This document shows, one piece after another, positions 1 through 9,574 of a stretch of DNA of 44,426 nucleotides (positions are counted from its first letter, which is position 1; each line of letters starts with the position of its first letter). The stretch is from a bacterium (lineage in GTDB: Bacteria > Bacteroidota > Bacteroidia > Bacteroidales > UBA932). Below the pieces are notes generated by a model. It searched no databases. It saw only the letters and a program-made list of their open reading frames with translations, and was not told the DNA's origin. The stretch covers positions 1-44,426 of the forward strand of contig CAVBPI010000001.1 of the NCBI GenBank assembly GCA_963596955.1. The letters run 5' to 3'. Both the position numbers and the translations under genes were made by a program.

Positions 1-57
1 ACCGTTTGACTTGAATTTCAATAATTTCGTATATTTGGAGGACAATATTCAAAGATT
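1..57. repeat. 57-bp direct repeat, copy 1 (terminal overlap; also at 42541-42597 and 44370-44426)
   Basis: ACCGTTTGAC...CAAAGATT is identical at all three positions. Confidence 0.97.
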
Positions 58-78
58 GAGATATGGAAGAGAAAAAGT

Positions 79-462
79 ATGGTGATGTCGGGGTATGTGC
101 ATGAACTTGACCCGGATGATGTTAAGATGTTTGAAGAAATTGCTAAAACCTCGAAATCAGAGAATGAAAAGCATTTCTTCCGAATTATGGAATATCGTCA
201 GAAACATAATTGTTCTCCGGAGTTTGACTACCTTCTCAACAGTGAGACAAATCCTGATAAGGTCGGTTTCACGAGAGAATGGTATGATGAATATATGTTG
301 TGGGTTGATGGTTCTGAATCAATGGAGACCAATTCATTGTCGTTTTTCTTGACAATGGATTTAAGCGAGTATATTTATGATTTGACAGGTTGCCGCACAA
401 TGCTAGAATACCTGCGTTCCATCGATTATGCAAGGATAGATTACGAGGCTGATAGTGACTAA
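79..462 (+). CDS. Hypothetical protein, paralog of 42603..43016 (candidate orphan immunity/antitoxin)
   Basis: Shares SENEKHFFRxxEYRxKHN and DLSxYIYxxTGCRTMxEYLRSIDYxxIDYEADxD with 42603..43016. Confidence 0.8.
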   Translation: MVMSGYVHELDPDDVKMFEEIAKTSKSENEKHFFRIMEYRQKHNCSPEFDYLLNSETNPDKVGFTREWYDEYMLWVDGSESMETNSLSFFLTMDLSEYIYDLTGCRTMLEYLRSIDYARIDYEADSD

Positions 463-524
463 TTATGGGACTGGCTAAATATTACAAATAACAAAATCCG
501 CCGCTGAGGGGCGTGAGGGGCGCT

Positions 525-559
525 GTCCTTTTTCGGGACGGCGCTTTTGTTTTCCTTTG
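525..559 (+). promoter_or_regulatory. Putative late promoter (GTCCTTT-N20-TTCCTTTG) for the head operon
   Basis: Same motif and spacing at 7903, 14181, 20464 and 44271. Confidence 0.65.
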
Positions 560-592
560 TACCGTAAAATTGAACAGCTTTATACGGACACA

Positions 593-1450
593 ATGGGAAA
601 ACAGAGAAATACATCACATCTGGCGGCGGAGATAATCCGAGGGAAATGGCTTCTTGCTGATGCGGAGTCATATCTTCCTGCGGTGTTTGCCCTGCTTTCG
701 CGGATGCCGCTTGCCGACGTCGAGGAAACGGCGCGCCCGTCCTTCATGCTTTCGGACGGCTCCGAGATTGGCGACGGCGCACAGGCTACGGTCGAGAAAA
801 AGGTGGCGGTTCTGCCGCTTCATGGCACAATGACGAAATACGAGACCTGCACCTCCGACGGGGCAATGGCGCTCGCTTCGTTCATAAGGAACTGCGCCGA
901 CCGTCAGGATATCGTCGCGCTCGTGCTCGACATTGACAGCGGAGGTGGTGCGGCGAACGCCGTTCCGCCGCTCGTCGAGGCAATACAGTATGCCAAGGCG
1001 GCGCACAAGCCCGTCATCGCCCACTGTGACCTCTGTTGCTCGGCCGCTCTCTGGGTGGCATCGCAGTGTGACCTCATCTATCTCGACAACCCTATGTCAG
1101 AAATAGGTTCCGTCGGGGTTCTGTGCACACTGTCGCTGCCTCCGGAGAAAGACCCGCAGACCGGGGTGAAGATTGTTCCGGTCTATGCGCGTGAATCAGC
1201 GGACAAGAACCTCGACTACAGGAAGGCTCTCGAAGGCGACTACAGCCTCATTCAGGACAGCATGTCCCCGATTGTCTCACAGTTCCAGGAAGCAGTGCGT
1301 AAAGGCCGTCCGATGCTCGACACCGAAAGGGACGGCGTGCTGACCGGGGCGACCTTCCTCTGTGACGAGGCTCTGAAGCTCGGATTTGCCGATGCCCGCA
1401 AGACACTCAAGGAAAGCGTCGAGGCCGCGTTCGCGCTCGCTGAAATCTGA
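593..1450 (+). CDS. S49 (SppA/ClpP-like) prohead maturation protease
   Basis: LDIDSGGG, CCSAALWVAS and IGSVGV motifs of S49 peptidases; directly upstream of the capsid gene; ATG at 593. Confidence 0.88.
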   Translation: MGKQRNTSHLAAEIIRGKWLLADAESYLPAVFALLSRMPLADVEETARPSFMLSDGSEIGDGAQATVEKKVAVLPLHGTMTKYETCTSDGAMALASFIRNCADRQDIVALVLDIDSGGGAANAVPPLVEAIQYAKAAHKPVIAHCDLCCSAALWVASQCDLIYLDNPMSEIGSVGVLCTLSLPPEKDPQTGVKIVPVYARESADKNLDYRKALEGDYSLIQDSMSPIVSQFQEAVRKGRPMLDTERDGVLTGATFLCDEALKLGFADARKTLKESVEAAFALAEI

Positions 1451-1484
1451 CGAAAACACTTATAAACCTCTTATACCAAGTACA

Positions 1485-3083
1485 ATGAATAAAAAAGCAC
1501 TCTCAAACTCAAAGATGGGCAAAATCGTTGCCCGTCTTCTCGGAAGGCCGGAGCTCGCAGTCAAGGACGGAAAGGTTGAACTTTCCGCCGAGGAGCGCGC
1601 GAAGGTTCTTGAGAACTACGGACAGGCTTTCCTCGAAAAGCTGGAGTCCGTCACTCTCGAAGACGATGACGCATTCGACCTCTTCGACGCAGCCGTTGCC
1701 GCCAAGACAGCAGAGGCGACCGCGGCTCTCACGGCTCAGGTGAAACAGCTTCAGGGCGACGTCCTGGAACTTTCCCGTGAACCGGAACCGCAGCCTCAGG
1801 CACAGGCTCCGTCAAGGCCGCTTTCCGCCGGCGAGGCCACAAGGCAGTTCGTCCTGAACATGAACGCCGCACACAACAGGATTGTCGCGCAGGCGCTCGC
1901 ATCCACCAACCCGATGGCTTTCGCGGCTCTCGACAGCAGCACGCTTGACGTCGCGGACCTGAACACGGAGTTCAAGATTGTGATGCCTCCAAAGGCAAAG
2001 CTCGACCTCCTCGCAAAGAGGCTCTACATGGGCTTCAATGACTCCAAGCACATGACGCGCATCCAGTCCGACCGCGACTTCATCGCGTCCGCTGCCATCT
2101 TCACCGAGGTCTCTCAGCAGTTCACCCCTAAGTGGACTCCTAAGGGCACGGCCAAGTTCACTCCGATTCGCATCCCTTACCGCCGGCACAAGATCAACGT
2201 CCTGATTCGTCCGACGGACATCATCAAGTCATGGCTGCTCAATCTCTACGAGCAGGGCAAGACTCAGGCGGAGATGCCTATCACCAAGTACATCATCGAG
2301 GAGCACATCCTTCCGAAGACCCTCGATGACATCACCCTCTCGATGATCGGAAAGGGAAAGTTCCAGGAAGTCTCCCTCGCGGGGCTCACTGATGGCACTG
2401 CCGGTTCGGCTGCGAAGGACTCCATGGACGGCTACGAGACCATCCTCGTCGAGGGTCTCACGGACGAGAACTGCAAAATCAACTACCTCCGCGCGGCGAA
2501 GGACTACAGGACGCTCTCTGACGAGGAACTCCTGAAGTATGTTGACAGCTTCGTTGACAACATCTCCGGACTCTTCGCGAAGACCGCAATCGTCTTCTGC
2601 TCGGAGCAGTTCCGCACCCGCTACAAGAGGGCGGACTTCGCCGTGAACGGCAAATACACAGGCATCGAGAACGGTGACACCATCCGTTTCACCAACTTCC
2701 ATCTCGTCGCCCTTGAGTCCATGTACAACTCGCCGATTCTCTTCGCCACTCCTAAGGAGAACTTCGTGGAGTTGGTTGACTACTCCAAGGCGGAGAGCTG
2801 CATCAACCGCATCGAGGAGACCAACTACGACGTGAAGGTGTTCGGAGAATACTCTCTGTCAGTGGGCTTCAAGATTGCCGAGGCCGTGTTCGCGGCTGTT
2901 CCGACTGGCTACACTCCTTCAGAGAGCATCCTTTCCGAAGGAATCGACCTCTCAGAGGACGGTCCGTGGATGAACGGGACCAAGCCGACGACGTCGGATG
3001 ATTCGCAGAGTCAGGACGACAACAAGAATCAGAACACGGAGGAGAAGGGCACCGGTGACAACAACAGTCAGGAAGGCGCGTAA
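1485..3083 (+). CDS. Major capsid protein (N-terminal scaffold-like region, acidic C-terminal tail)
   Basis: 532 aa following the protease; strongly biased codons; coiled-coil/low-complexity N-terminus. Confidence 0.7.
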   Translation: MNKKALSNSKMGKIVARLLGRPELAVKDGKVELSAEERAKVLENYGQAFLEKLESVTLEDDDAFDLFDAAVAAKTAEATAALTAQVKQLQGDVLELSREPEPQPQAQAPSRPLSAGEATRQFVLNMNAAHNRIVAQALASTNPMAFAALDSSTLDVADLNTEFKIVMPPKAKLDLLAKRLYMGFNDSKHMTRIQSDRDFIASAAIFTEVSQQFTPKWTPKGTAKFTPIRIPYRRHKINVLIRPTDIIKSWLLNLYEQGKTQAEMPITKYIIEEHILPKTLDDITLSMIGKGKFQEVSLAGLTDGTAGSAAKDSMDGYETILVEGLTDENCKINYLRAAKDYRTLSDEELLKYVDSFVDNISGLFAKTAIVFCSEQFRTRYKRADFAVNGKYTGIENGDTIRFTNFHLVALESMYNSPILFATPKENFVELVDYSKAESCINRIEETNYDVKVFGEYSLSVGFKIAEAVFAAVPTGYTPSESILSEGIDLSEDGPWMNGTKPTTSDDSQSQDDNKNQNTEEKGTGDNNSQEGA

Positions 3084-3105
3084 TCACTGAAAAACAAGCA
3101 AGACT

Positions 3106-3663
3106 ATGGCTTATACAAAAGTAAGTATTCCAAAGAACGGAGACGGCGCGGGATGCCCGTCTCCAAAGTCTTCCGACATCATAATCATGGATGTCGAGGA
3201 CATCGAGACCGAGCCGACGAGAACGCTCGGTGACGTGACCGTTAAGGGCAACTACACCCTCAAGGACGGGGCGAAGGCAGTGTGCGTCTATGGAACTCCG
3301 AAGACCATCGCGGCGTCCGAGGAGTATTCCGGCGACGCCGACGCGCGTGGCGTGAAGCAGGGCGTCGAGTTCGAGCACCCGGGCAACGAGAAGGACATCA
3401 AGAACTTCGTCGAGGCCTTCATGAACAAAGGCGTCGTCATCCTCGTGAAGGAATGCGACGGCTCCGCTACAGGGCGAGTTCAGGCGTTCGGAAACAAGTG
3501 CAACCCTCTGTTCCTCACAGTGGAGAGAACCGACAGCAGCGAGGCCAACAAGCGCAAGCTTACCTGGAAGCAGGACATCGCCGGCAAGTTTCTCCCTGCC
3601 GACTATGAGGGCGAGCTTCCGACACTTGCGGACGCTGCAACAGCAGCAACCGAAACTGCCTAA
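3106..3663 (+). CDS. Virion structural protein, possibly major tail tube
   Basis: 185 aa, beta-rich, same codon bias as the capsid gene; position. Confidence 0.45.
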   Translation: MAYTKVSIPKNGDGAGCPSPKSSDIIIMDVEDIETEPTRTLGDVTVKGNYTLKDGAKAVCVYGTPKTIAASEEYSGDADARGVKQGVEFEHPGNEKDIKNFVEAFMNKGVVILVKECDGSATGRVQAFGNKCNPLFLTVERTDSSEANKRKLTWKQDIAGKFLPADYEGELPTLADAATAATETA

Positions 3664-3674
3664 TCATTTGAAGG

Positions 3675-4331
3675 ATGGCTAAGAAAGCATCAAAGACTAT
3701 GGGAACTGAGCCTCGGAAGACAGCCGAGGCTCAGTCTTCCGTTGTTGAAGCCGCTGCACAGGAAGCGCCGGCCGAGAAGAAGTACGATGTGGTCGTGTGT
3801 GCCTATCCGGGAACCGAGCCGCTGATGACGCGCCTCTGGGACAGATACCACAACGGACGTCATCTCGTCGTCACGGACACCGTGGCACCGCTTCAGGAAG
3901 TTCTGGCGGAATGCCTTGCCGACAACCGGATTGCCGACAGGTTCACGCTTCTTCCTGCCAATGTCATCCCGTGCACGGAAATCTCTGATGAACTCCTTAA
4001 AGGGGACTATGTCTATGTGAAACGCGACGGGGAAAGGCAGCCTGTGAGCCGTGTGCCGATGACTTTCGACAAAGAAAGGCTCGTGGCGTGGCTCGCGGCG
4101 GATGATTCCGAGACCGATACGGCCGAGAAATTCCTGAAGCGGTATAATGCCGGAAAGCGTCTGATGGAGGTGTCGTTCTCGTTCGGGAACTTCATCACTC
4201 CGGTGCTCAGGGCCAACCCTTGCGAAAATGTGGTCATCGAGGCTTTCCTGCGAAAGTTCTTCGTGGCGGCGTCGCCGGAAGGGTTCGCAGCAATCGCCGC
4301 GCTCGCTGAAAAATGCCTTCTCAAGGAATAA
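3675..4331 (+). CDS. Hypothetical phage protein
   Basis: Long ORF tightly packed in the operon. Confidence 0.75.
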   Translation: MAKKASKTMGTEPRKTAEAQSSVVEAAAQEAPAEKKYDVVVCAYPGTEPLMTRLWDRYHNGRHLVVTDTVAPLQEVLAECLADNRIADRFTLLPANVIPCTEISDELLKGDYVYVKRDGERQPVSRVPMTFDKERLVAWLAADDSETDTAEKFLKRYNAGKRLMEVSFSFGNFITPVLRANPCENVVIEAFLRKFFVAASPEGFAAIAALAEKCLLKE

Positions 4332-5026
4332 TGAACGAGATTGACAGATGGATTGATTCAGGAGCCGAGGTTCAGGAAGGACTTCGGCTTTTGAGTATAT
4401 ATGCCCCGAACCGCCACCTCGACGCCCTCGTCCGCAAAGCCCCTAAACGGTTCTTCCACCTGTTGAAGGCGGCGCTTCTGCCGTTCTCGACAAGACCGCG
4501 GGCCGTGGCCGCGCCTGCACAGGCGCCCCCGAAAGTACGGTTCCGCGAAAGCTGGCCGTTCCTCTCGGAGCCGGATTGCCCGCCGGAGCTGAAGATTCTG
4601 GCCGCCGACAAAATCACGGCATGGGAGGAGTCGATGAGTGCGCACGAGGAACTGTTCCAGTGCACCACTCCGGAGCAATGCTACGAAACCGCGAAAAAGG
4701 TGGTGGAAAATTATTCCAACAATCGGAAAATCTTCTCCGAATTTACTCATTACAAGGAACATCACTCCGTGCTCGGCGAACATCCGATTTTCAGAGAGTC
4801 TAAACAGACGGCGGAACTCCGGGCGATGCCGATTATGGAACTTGTCCGGAAACAGAAGAACCTTGAGGATGCCATCTGGAGAGCCGGCCACGAGATAGAG
4901 AGGGGAGACAAACCGCACCTGCGTCCGGAACGGGAAGAGCGTATCGCGGCAAAGCGCCGGATGCTTGAACAGGTGAAACGAATGATTGACGACTATGAAC
5001 AAAGAAGAGAAAGACGACAGCCTTGA
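4331..5026 (+). CDS. Hypothetical phage protein
   Basis: TAATG stop/start coupling at 4329-4333. Confidence 0.75.
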   Translation: MNEIDRWIDSGAEVQEGLRLLSIYAPNRHLDALVRKAPKRFFHLLKAALLPFSTRPRAVAAPAQAPPKVRFRESWPFLSEPDCPPELKILAADKITAWEESMSAHEELFQCTTPEQCYETAKKVVENYSNNRKIFSEFTHYKEHHSVLGEHPIFRESKQTAELRAMPIMELVRKQKNLEDAIWRAGHEIERGDKPHLRPEREERIAAKRRMLEQVKRMIDDYEQRRERRQP

Positions 5027-5891
5027 CAGGATTGCCAGCCTTGCCGCCCTCGGCTGGCCGGACAATGAAATCTTCATAAGTGAGGGTATAGACGAGAAGG
5101 ACGTGCCGGAAGAGGTGCGTGAAGCCATCGAGCACGGGCGGCTGAAAAAGCGCGCCGACATCGAGATTGCCGTTGCTCGTGCCGCGGCCACCGGTGCGCC
5201 GGAAGCCGTGAAGCAGTTCAACGAGGTCGTCCGGGACAAAAGCTTCAGCATCTCGAAGCTCGACCTGTTCGGCGGCCCTGAGGACCAGGGCGCGTTCGAG
5301 CGTATTCAGGACTACATCGCCGGCGGAAGCAGGGGAGACCTCTCGCAGAAGGAGCAGGTGTATATCGACCTTCTGACCATGATATATTCCCTCGACGGCC
5401 AGTGGGGAAAGCGGCGCACCGTCAAGTTCCTCACTTCAAAGCCGTTCTCCTTCTCATACGAGCAGGCCTCCAACATATACGCCGAGGCCATCGAGATGTT
5501 CTTTGCCAACCGCAAGGTGTCAAAAGAAGCGATGCGGGCGAAGATGGCGGACCAGTACGACACCCTCTATGCCCTCGCGATGCAGAATGCCAGGACAACA
5601 AAGGACTTCGAGATTGCGGCCGGAATCCTCTCCAGCAAGGCAAAGGTTCTGAGGCTCGATCAGGACGACCCGCAGCAGCTTCCTGCCGAGAACTACGGCA
5701 AGCAGTTCCGCGTGCTCTCGCTTTCTCCTGAAGTCATCGGGCTTCCGCGGGCGAACAGGGACGAGCTGGCCAGGCAGATTGACGGTATCGTGGCTCCGGA
5801 GGCCGTGAAGAAGCGCCTCAGGGTCGATGCCGGCATTGATGATCTTGACATAGTTAAATTCATGGACAATGTCGTACAGGAAGAAAGTTAA
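4995..5891 (+). CDS. Putative terminase small subunit
   Basis: N-terminal HTH-like segment (ASLAALGWPDNEI); overlaps the start of the large terminase. Confidence 0.5.
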   Translation: MNKEEKDDSLDRIASLAALGWPDNEIFISEGIDEKDVPEEVREAIEHGRLKKRADIEIAVARAAATGAPEAVKQFNEVVRDKSFSISKLDLFGGPEDQGAFERIQDYIAGGSRGDLSQKEQVYIDLLTMIYSLDGQWGKRRTVKFLTSKPFSFSYEQASNIYAEAIEMFFANRKVSKEAMRAKMADQYDTLYALAMQNARTTKDFEIAAGILSSKAKVLRLDQDDPQQLPAENYGKQFRVLSLSPEVIGLPRANRDELARQIDGIVAPEAVKKRLRVDAGIDDLDIVKFMDNVVQEES

Positions 5892-7644
5892 CGTCGAGCG
5901 GACCGAAAGCGCGTCCGTTCAGTACCAGAACAAGTTCGCCCAGCTCGTCGCCCTCGTCGGCGCACGCAAGACCTACTGCGAGCTGGGGCGAGGCTCCGCG
6001 AAGACCACCGACATTCAGGTGGAAAGGCTCATCGACATCATGTTCGATATGCCGGGCGCTCCCTGCTGCTGGGTGGCCGACACCTTCAGCAACCTCACGG
6101 CGAACGTCCTGCCTTCCGTCCTGGAGGGGCTTGAGCGCAAGGGATTCAGAGAGGGCGAGCACTATGTCATAGAGAAGCAGCCGCCGGAGTTCACCGACGC
6201 CGAGACAAAGAACCTTCCGGACTGGCTCAAGCCACATTTCTGGAAGCCGTTCAACAGGCTCGTCTCCTATAAGCGCACCATCATCTTCTTCACAGGGCTG
6301 AACATCCGCTTCGGTTCGCTCGACCGCCCCTCGACTCTCGCGGGCGCGTCATACGTCTTCGTGTTCGGGGACGAGGCGAAGTATTTCCGTGAGGACAAAA
6401 TCGCCAACCTCCTCAAGGCCGTGCGCGGCTATAGGCAGGAATACGGCAACAGCGTGTTTTACCGAGGCGTGTGCTTCACCTCCGACATGGCCGACGTCTC
6501 CCACATCGGGGAATATGACTGGATGCACAAGGAGGCGGACAATGTGGATAAGACTGCGATACTCACGGTGATAAAGGCGGGGCTCGTGTATAACGAGGCG
6601 CTTCATGAATATGTGGCCGCCAAGGACAAATGGCTCAGGACAAAGTCGCCCTCCGACCTCACGGACTGCCGGAACCGTCTCCGCACGGCCGAACTCTGGA
6701 AGGCGCGGTGGACTGAACTTCGCAGCCGTCCGGAGGCATCGACCTTCTACATCCGCGCATCGAGCTATGTGAACGCCGACATCCTCACTGAGGAATGGTT
6801 CTCGGACGCCATAGCCGCGAAGCTGCCTGACCTGAACACCGCGATACTTTCCCTCAAGCCGCGTCTGGAAAGCGGCGACCGCTTCTACACCGCGCTCTCG
6901 GCACGGCACTTCTACTACGACGGCATAGACGAGGACGCCTACGACCGCCTCGATATGCGCGATGTCGAGGACTGCCGCGTGCTCCGTCATCTGAACCGCA
7001 CCAGGCCATTGCAGGCGGGCGTGGATTTCGGCAATATGTGCTCGATGACAGTCGGGCAGGAGGGAACGGAACAGGGACATGAGATTATCAGAGTGCTCAA
7101 GTTCCTCTACACTCTGGCCCCGGAATACACCGAGGACCTCGGAGTGAAGTTCCGCACCTACTTCGCGGCCATGCAGAACCGCGTCCTCTATCTCTACTAC
7201 GACCGCTCCGGCAACGCCTACAAGTCCGTTGGCGAGGACCAGGTCTCCAAGTTCAAGCGTGCCGTGGAGTGGGACGGCAGCAGCAGGACGGGATGGACGG
7301 TGCACCTGATGTCCATACGTCAGGGCAACATCGGCCAGCCGGAGGAGTATGCCTTCATGCAGGAGCTGATGTCGGAGCGCAACCCGCGCCTGCCCTGGCT
7401 CCGCATAGACGCATACGCCGCCAAGAACCTGAAGATGTCGCTTGAGCTTGCACGCACCAAGGTGAAGTCCGGGGTGGTGTTCAAGGACAAATCCAGCGAG
7501 CGTCTGCCTGTGGCCGAGCTGCCTACGCGCTCCACCAACCCGTCGGATTCGTTCAAGTATCTGCTTATGACAAAGGAGCGGCGCAAGCTCGCCTCGATGC
7601 GCTCTTCGGCCGCGAAATCCAACCTCGACCCTCAATTCAAGTAG
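5869..7644 (+). CDS. terL: Terminase large subunit
   Basis: Walker A-like GRGSAKT, Walker B VFVFGDE, C-terminal RNase H-like GVDFGN...YYD...SDSFKY. Confidence 0.85.
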   Translation: MSYRKKVNVERTESASVQYQNKFAQLVALVGARKTYCELGRGSAKTTDIQVERLIDIMFDMPGAPCCWVADTFSNLTANVLPSVLEGLERKGFREGEHYVIEKQPPEFTDAETKNLPDWLKPHFWKPFNRLVSYKRTIIFFTGLNIRFGSLDRPSTLAGASYVFVFGDEAKYFREDKIANLLKAVRGYRQEYGNSVFYRGVCFTSDMADVSHIGEYDWMHKEADNVDKTAILTVIKAGLVYNEALHEYVAAKDKWLRTKSPSDLTDCRNRLRTAELWKARWTELRSRPEASTFYIRASSYVNADILTEEWFSDAIAAKLPDLNTAILSLKPRLESGDRFYTALSARHFYYDGIDEDAYDRLDMRDVEDCRVLRHLNRTRPLQAGVDFGNMCSMTVGQEGTEQGHEIIRVLKFLYTLAPEYTEDLGVKFRTYFAAMQNRVLYLYYDRSGNAYKSVGEDQVSKFKRAVEWDGSSRTGWTVHLMSIRQGNIGQPEEYAFMQELMSERNPRLPWLRIDAYAAKNLKMSLELARTKVKSGVVFKDKSSERLPVAELPTRSTNPSDSFKYLLMTKERRKLASMRSSAAKSNLDPQFK

Positions 7645-7727
7645 CCCGGCGCGGGGTCTGCGCGTCATATATCACCTTTTCATTCGTTTGCGACCGCAAA
7701 CGAAAATGAGCGCGGCCGGGCTTTTTT
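7644..7727 (+). terminator. Multi-stem structure with U-tract after terL
   Basis: Inner TTCGTTTGCG/CGCAAACGAA (7683-7704); outer GCCCGGCGCG/CGCGGCCGGGC followed by T6. Confidence 0.55.
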
Positions 7728-7902
7728 GTCCGCGAAGAATGCGTTTTTGCCGGAACGTGCGGGGCAAGGCATTGACATATACATATATCCCTTAAAAATA
7801 TTACCGAAATCATGTAATTTTTCGGGCGTTCGGAATATGGAACCGTCCGTTTCGACGTCGTATGCAGGCAATCCGCACATCGTCCTCGGCTCCCGTTTTC
7901 GT

Positions 7903-7937
7903 GTCCTTTGACGGACGGACGCAAGGGAGTAGCTTTG
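7903..7937 (+). promoter_or_regulatory. Putative late promoter GTCCTTT-N20-TAGCTTTG (near-leaderless mRNA)
   Basis: Bacteroidetes -7 box 4 nt before ATG 7942; conserved upstream heptamer. Confidence 0.7.
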
Positions 7938-7941
7938 CACC

Positions 7942-8214
7942 ATGGATGTTTATGAAGCGATAGACGAAATGAGACGGCTCTCTTCCGAGGGAAAGACCTT
8001 CAGCTTCTCGTTCATGTCCTGCAACCTTTCGGCGGGTACGAGCGAGGGCGTTGTCTATGTTCCGCACGCGCGGCTCCGCAAGAGGGAATGCAGGGAGCAT
8101 CACCTTCACGCGGATATGGTCGAGGCCTACATCAATCTCGACACCATGGAGAACCGCCGTTTCTACCAGCCGCTTCTGATGACCTTCAACGGAGAAAAAG
8201 TCACATTGAGATGA
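7942..8214 (+). CDS. Hypothetical protein upstream of portal
   Basis: ATGA overlap with the portal gene. Confidence 0.75.
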   Translation: MDVYEAIDEMRRLSSEGKTFSFSFMSCNLSAGTSEGVVYVPHARLRKRECREHHLHADMVEAYINLDTMENRRFYQPLLMTFNGEKVTLR

Positions 8215-9572
8215 AGAATACGGTTAAGAAGATTTCGGACCATTCCTATGCGCTGCACCTTGAGGACGGGCGGTGCTTCACCCTCTCCAACAGGAGGGAC
8301 AGCAGCCTCGACTCGCTTTTCTGGCAGGCGCAGGACCGCAACTGGGAGTATCTCCCGCACACGATTCAGGGCTATAGGGTGATTCCCTACGGCATCGACA
8401 ACCAGCTGCCGACGCGCCTGCGGGACATCCTCGACTCGAACAACCTCGGCCCTGGCATACTCGAACGCCAGATGGGACTCCTGTTCGGTCAGGGGCTCTA
8501 TCTTTCACAGCTTTCCTTCGAGGGCGGCAAGATTGAGCGGCAGTGGAAGGAGGACAGGGAAATCATGGACTGGCTCGAAAGCTGGGACTATGTCTCCTAC
8601 ATCAAGGGCTGCATGACCGACTATCTGCATCTGAAGGGGTTCTTCGACGCGAAGTATCTGGAGCGCGGCCACCGCATAGGACGGAAGCCGAGGATTTCCT
8701 GCCTTGAGCATATTCCGGCGAAGAACGCCCGTCTCGAATGGACGGACAGCCGTGACATCAGGGACGTGCGCCACATCATCGTCGGCGACTTCGAGAACGC
8801 CTGTGTGCGGACGGGCGTGAGGGTGTATCCGGTCTATGACAGGCGGAATCCGGGAAAATACGGGGCTTCGGCATCATATAACCACACATATTCCTTCGCC
8901 CGCGACTTCTATTCGGTGCCTCAGTACTGGGGAGCGCTCCGCTGGATAGTCCGGGGTTCGGAGATTCCGACAATCTTCAAGTATGTGACGGACAACGGGA
9001 TAAACCTCGCCTACCATATCCATGCCCCTAACGAGTACTGGGACACCAAGCGTGACACCCTGAAGAACATCCATCCCGACTGGGACGACGCGAGGGTGGA
9101 AAAGGAAATCAGCACTCTCACGTCGGAGCTTCTGACGCAGCTTACGGAGGTTCTTTCCGGCAAGGAGAACGCCGGTAAGTTCTTCTACACGGTGGATATT
9201 CCGTCGGAGAACGGCGGCGGGGCGGTTTCATGGAAAATTGAGGCGATTGACCAGAAAATCAAGGATTTCGTCGATTCCCAGCTCAAGATTTCAGAGGCTT
9301 CGGCATCCGCCATCACCTCCGGAATGGGGCTTCACCCGTCTCTGAGCAACGTGATGGTGAACGGGAAGCTGGCATCGGGCTCGGAGCTGCTGTATGCCTT
9401 CAAGCTCTATCTCCTTTCAGACACGGAGATTGCCTCGAACTGCATCCTTGAACCGATAAATCAGGCCATCGCCTTCAATTTCCCGGAACGCAACCTCAAG
9501 CTGGCGTTCTATCATCAGACGATTCAGGCGGAAGAGGCGGTTCCTACCGATGAACGAGTTAAAAATCAATAG
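8211..9572 (+). CDS. Portal protein
   Basis: 453 aa after terL; PYG..NxxP, YSVPQYWG and GMGLHPSL segments typical of portals. Confidence 0.7.
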   Translation: MKNTVKKISDHSYALHLEDGRCFTLSNRRDSSLDSLFWQAQDRNWEYLPHTIQGYRVIPYGIDNQLPTRLRDILDSNNLGPGILERQMGLLFGQGLYLSQLSFEGGKIERQWKEDREIMDWLESWDYVSYIKGCMTDYLHLKGFFDAKYLERGHRIGRKPRISCLEHIPAKNARLEWTDSRDIRDVRHIIVGDFENACVRTGVRVYPVYDRRNPGKYGASASYNHTYSFARDFYSVPQYWGALRWIVRGSEIPTIFKYVTDNGINLAYHIHAPNEYWDTKRDTLKNIHPDWDDARVEKEISTLTSELLTQLTEVLSGKENAGKFFYTVDIPSENGGGAVSWKIEAIDQKIKDFVDSQLKISEASASAITSGMGLHPSLSNVMVNGKLASGSELLYAFKLYLLSDTEIASNCILEPINQAIAFNFPERNLKLAFYHQTIQAEEAVPTDERVKNQ

Positions 9573-9574
9573 AT

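Noticed and set aside
6349..7668. 439-aa minus-strand ORF (likewise 14608..15840, 16813..17652, 10549..11343, 4358..5251 and others)
   Set aside because: Antisense shadows of GC-rich, codon-biased real genes; no recognisable motifs
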